DNA of 63,734 nucleotides, filler included, from Octopus bimaculoides (lineage: Eukaryota), in NCBI RefSeq assembly GCF_001194135.2. It is 6 parts of 6 records of this genome, joined end to end, with 100 filler letters (N's around TTAATTAATTAA, not from the genome) between each part and the next. Parts side by side here need not be neighbours in the genome. Positions count along the whole stretch, not along the records: positions 59,901 to 62,062 come from NC_069000.1; positions 62,163 to 63,734 come from NC_069006.1; 4 more parts are not named here. The stretch is one strand, 5' to 3'. Position 1 is the first letter of the stretch, and every line of letters begins with the position of its first letter. Both the position numbers and the translations under genes were made by a program. Shown here one piece after another: positions 61,486 through 63,734 of this stretch. The notes under the pieces were generated by a model. The model searched no databases and was not told the DNA's origin. It worked only from the letters and a program-made list of their open reading frames with translations.

Positions 61486-62939
61486 GTATATATACATATA
61501 TACACTTATGCATACGCGTGTACATATGTCATTCGGTGTATGTGTTGTATGTTAGTTATGTGATATCATTTAAGTGTAAAAGTGCTACAAAGAACAGAGA
61601 AGCTGTACAAGTCATGACATAGTCCAGTTGAAATGTTTGTGTTTTTCTAGAGCAACTAAACGTCTGCATTTATGAAAGTATGTTGAAGTGGGGGGAGTTT
61701 TGTTTGTCGTGTTGTGTTTAACTGTTCGTGTCATACATCACCTCCATATGCCCATTAACCCTTACATACACACGCTGTGTACTATAGAGTGTGACGGAAA
61801 GATAGGGAAAGGGTCGTTGTCGTTGGTAGCGGCTGCAAGTAAAACATGGAAATTCCCTAAACTCAATACATTTGAGTATATGAACGTGTGTGTTCGTGTA
61901 AACGTACGCTTATAATACATACATAAGGCGAGCTGGCAGAATCGTTACTGCATTGTTGCAGTCAAATGACGAAGACAAGTAAAGTAAAAGAATTCATTAT
62001 ATACATATATATCGTACACACACAGACACACACACGCAGAGTCATATATATATATATATATANNNNNNNNNNNNNNNNNNNNNNNNNNNNNNNNNNNNNN
62101 NNNNNNTTAATTAATTAANNNNNNNNNNNNNNNNNNNNNNNNNNNNNNNNNNNNNNNNNNNNTATATATATATATATATATATATCGTGTGTATATATAT
62201 ATATATATATACATAAATATCTCACACGCACATACGCATAAATATACATTACGCACATATATGTTTATATAGACACACATACACACATATAATCAAACAG
62301 AAACTTGTGTGTGTGTGTGTGTATGTATACACCTCCCACTATACAACACACAGGCCACATGTTTACCACAACCACTAAAATAAGCAGAGGAAGAAGAAAA
62401 AACAGTACTGTAAGCTTTTTAGAAAGAAAAAAAAAATCTTAGAGGAGAGATAAAGAGATAAAGAGACAGACAGAGTGAGAGGTGAGAGAACATGGGTGTG
62501 TGTAAAAATATATCTTGACCAAACACCCAAAAATAAGTAGCAAGTAAAAAAAAATATAGAAAAATAATATAAACAGAAATAGGGCGACAGAGGTTGCAGG
62601 TTCAATTCTTCCCTCCTCCTCTTTCCCTTCTATATTCGTCGAGAAATCCACGACCCTTACCACGGCCAGCTGCCTCGTCCTTGGTTGGAAACCCGAAAAA
62701 TGACACAAGATAACTAATAGGTTATCAGAGCCAGCACATATGTGAGCTTGTTATATAACAGACAGGAATGATGGCGCTAATATGTAGTATATATGTGTGT
62801 GTGTGTGTGTGGTGGGTTTATCTGTGTGGGTGAGGGGAAAAGGTTTAAATATCTGGCTGGATGTTAGGTTTGTTTTTTGTGGGGGGGGGGTTCCCATTCG
62901 TAGATTTTTCGTTATCAACCACAGTATCAGCCTATATTT

Positions 62940-63100
62940 AGGCCAATGAGGGACCCACAACGATATTAACGTGAAGCATAGTGTCATCCCACATGCAGAC
63001 AGGCCAATGACGGTTAGCTTTTGCTTTCACACTGCTCGACTTGCAAGTAATAGCAACCAATTCTCCATACTTGGGATTTTGCGGGGGGTCCAAAATTGGT
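62940..63100. promoter_or_regulatory. CCAAT-box cluster in non-repetitive sequence (candidate promoter/enhancer)
   Basis: GGCCAATGAG(62941), GGCCAATGAC(63002), AACCAAT(63055-63061), reverse ATTGG(63095-63099). No transcript evidence. Confidence 0.3.
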
Positions 63101-63385
63101 AACACAAACAGGACAGTGAAAACAAACAGAAAGGGCTGCTAAGCTTAAACAAGGTTGCGATGGCGAACGCGTAAATCAAGCTTGGACAGGGGACAGACAC
63201 GAACACGTCTTCCTTGATCCAGCTATAACGGAGAGAAAGAAACACAAGTTAGAAAAAAGATGGGCGATGGTCACGAGGGAGCCACATGAGCAAGGGAGGA
63301 AGAGTGAGGGAGAGAGTGACAAACAGAGAACTGTGAAGGGGAGAGGAAAAAGTTAGAGATAGGAGATTATATATATATATATATA

Positions 63386-63734
63386 CAGGGTGTCTCAAAA
63401 AGATGTACTCACTCTTTGACAGACGATTACTAATTATTGTTTTTTGTGATGTACGGGCTTAGCACGATGCAACAAATCCAAATAAATGGATTGGGAGGAA
63501 GGGTAGCGTTGAATTTTCTGCACGTTCCCCAGACCTCACGCCAATGGATTTTTTTCATGGGGACATCTCAAAGGTTCACGCTGCAAAACCAGTGACAATT
63601 GATGATTTGAAAAATGAAATTCGAATACAATATGCCTTGCAATTCCAAATGAAATGTTTGGCGATGTTGTCGAATCCATTGTTGGACGTTATCAGCTTTG
63701 TTTGGAAAATGAAGGAAGGCAGTTTGAACATTTG
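63386..63734 (+). mobile_element. Internally deleted Tc1/mariner element (right end outside window)
   Basis: TA|CAGGGTGTCTCAAAAAG left TIR. Transposase C-terminus WIGRKGSVEFSARSPDLTPMDFF...WGHLK...TIDDLKNEI...RYQLCLENEGRQFEHL. Confidence 0.85.

Overview
AT-rich, microsatellite-dense, gappy eukaryotic DNA with the repeat landscape of an Octopus genome. The species is inferred from the repeat types, not confirmed. No host protein-coding exon can be supported, and nearly all ORF-track entries are N-gaps or translated microsatellites. The window is a transposon graveyard. It holds four R4/Dong-type RT+RLE retrotransposon copies from three subfamilies, mostly embedded in (TAA)n, one nearly full length. 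It also holds two Penelope-like element (PLE) relics with GIY-YIG endonuclease, RTE and L2/CR1-group LINE 3' fragments, mariner, Tigger/pogo, a Mutator-like foldback MITE, a Helentron/DINE-1-like element, and more than 40 tRNA-derived SINE copies of several modular families. The most interesting signal is RNA structural: four different hammerhead-ribozyme (HHR) designs. At 13584-13804 a tRNA-like Pol III head is joined to an apparently intact minimal type I hammerhead whose helix III is only the palindrome ACGT. This is a candidate self-cleaving, Penelope-dependent SINE (retrozyme-like element). A PLE terminal repeat present twice in inverted orientation carries a degenerate hammerhead with an unusually long helix II. 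All structures and translations were read by eye, and coordinates of degraded repeats are approximate.
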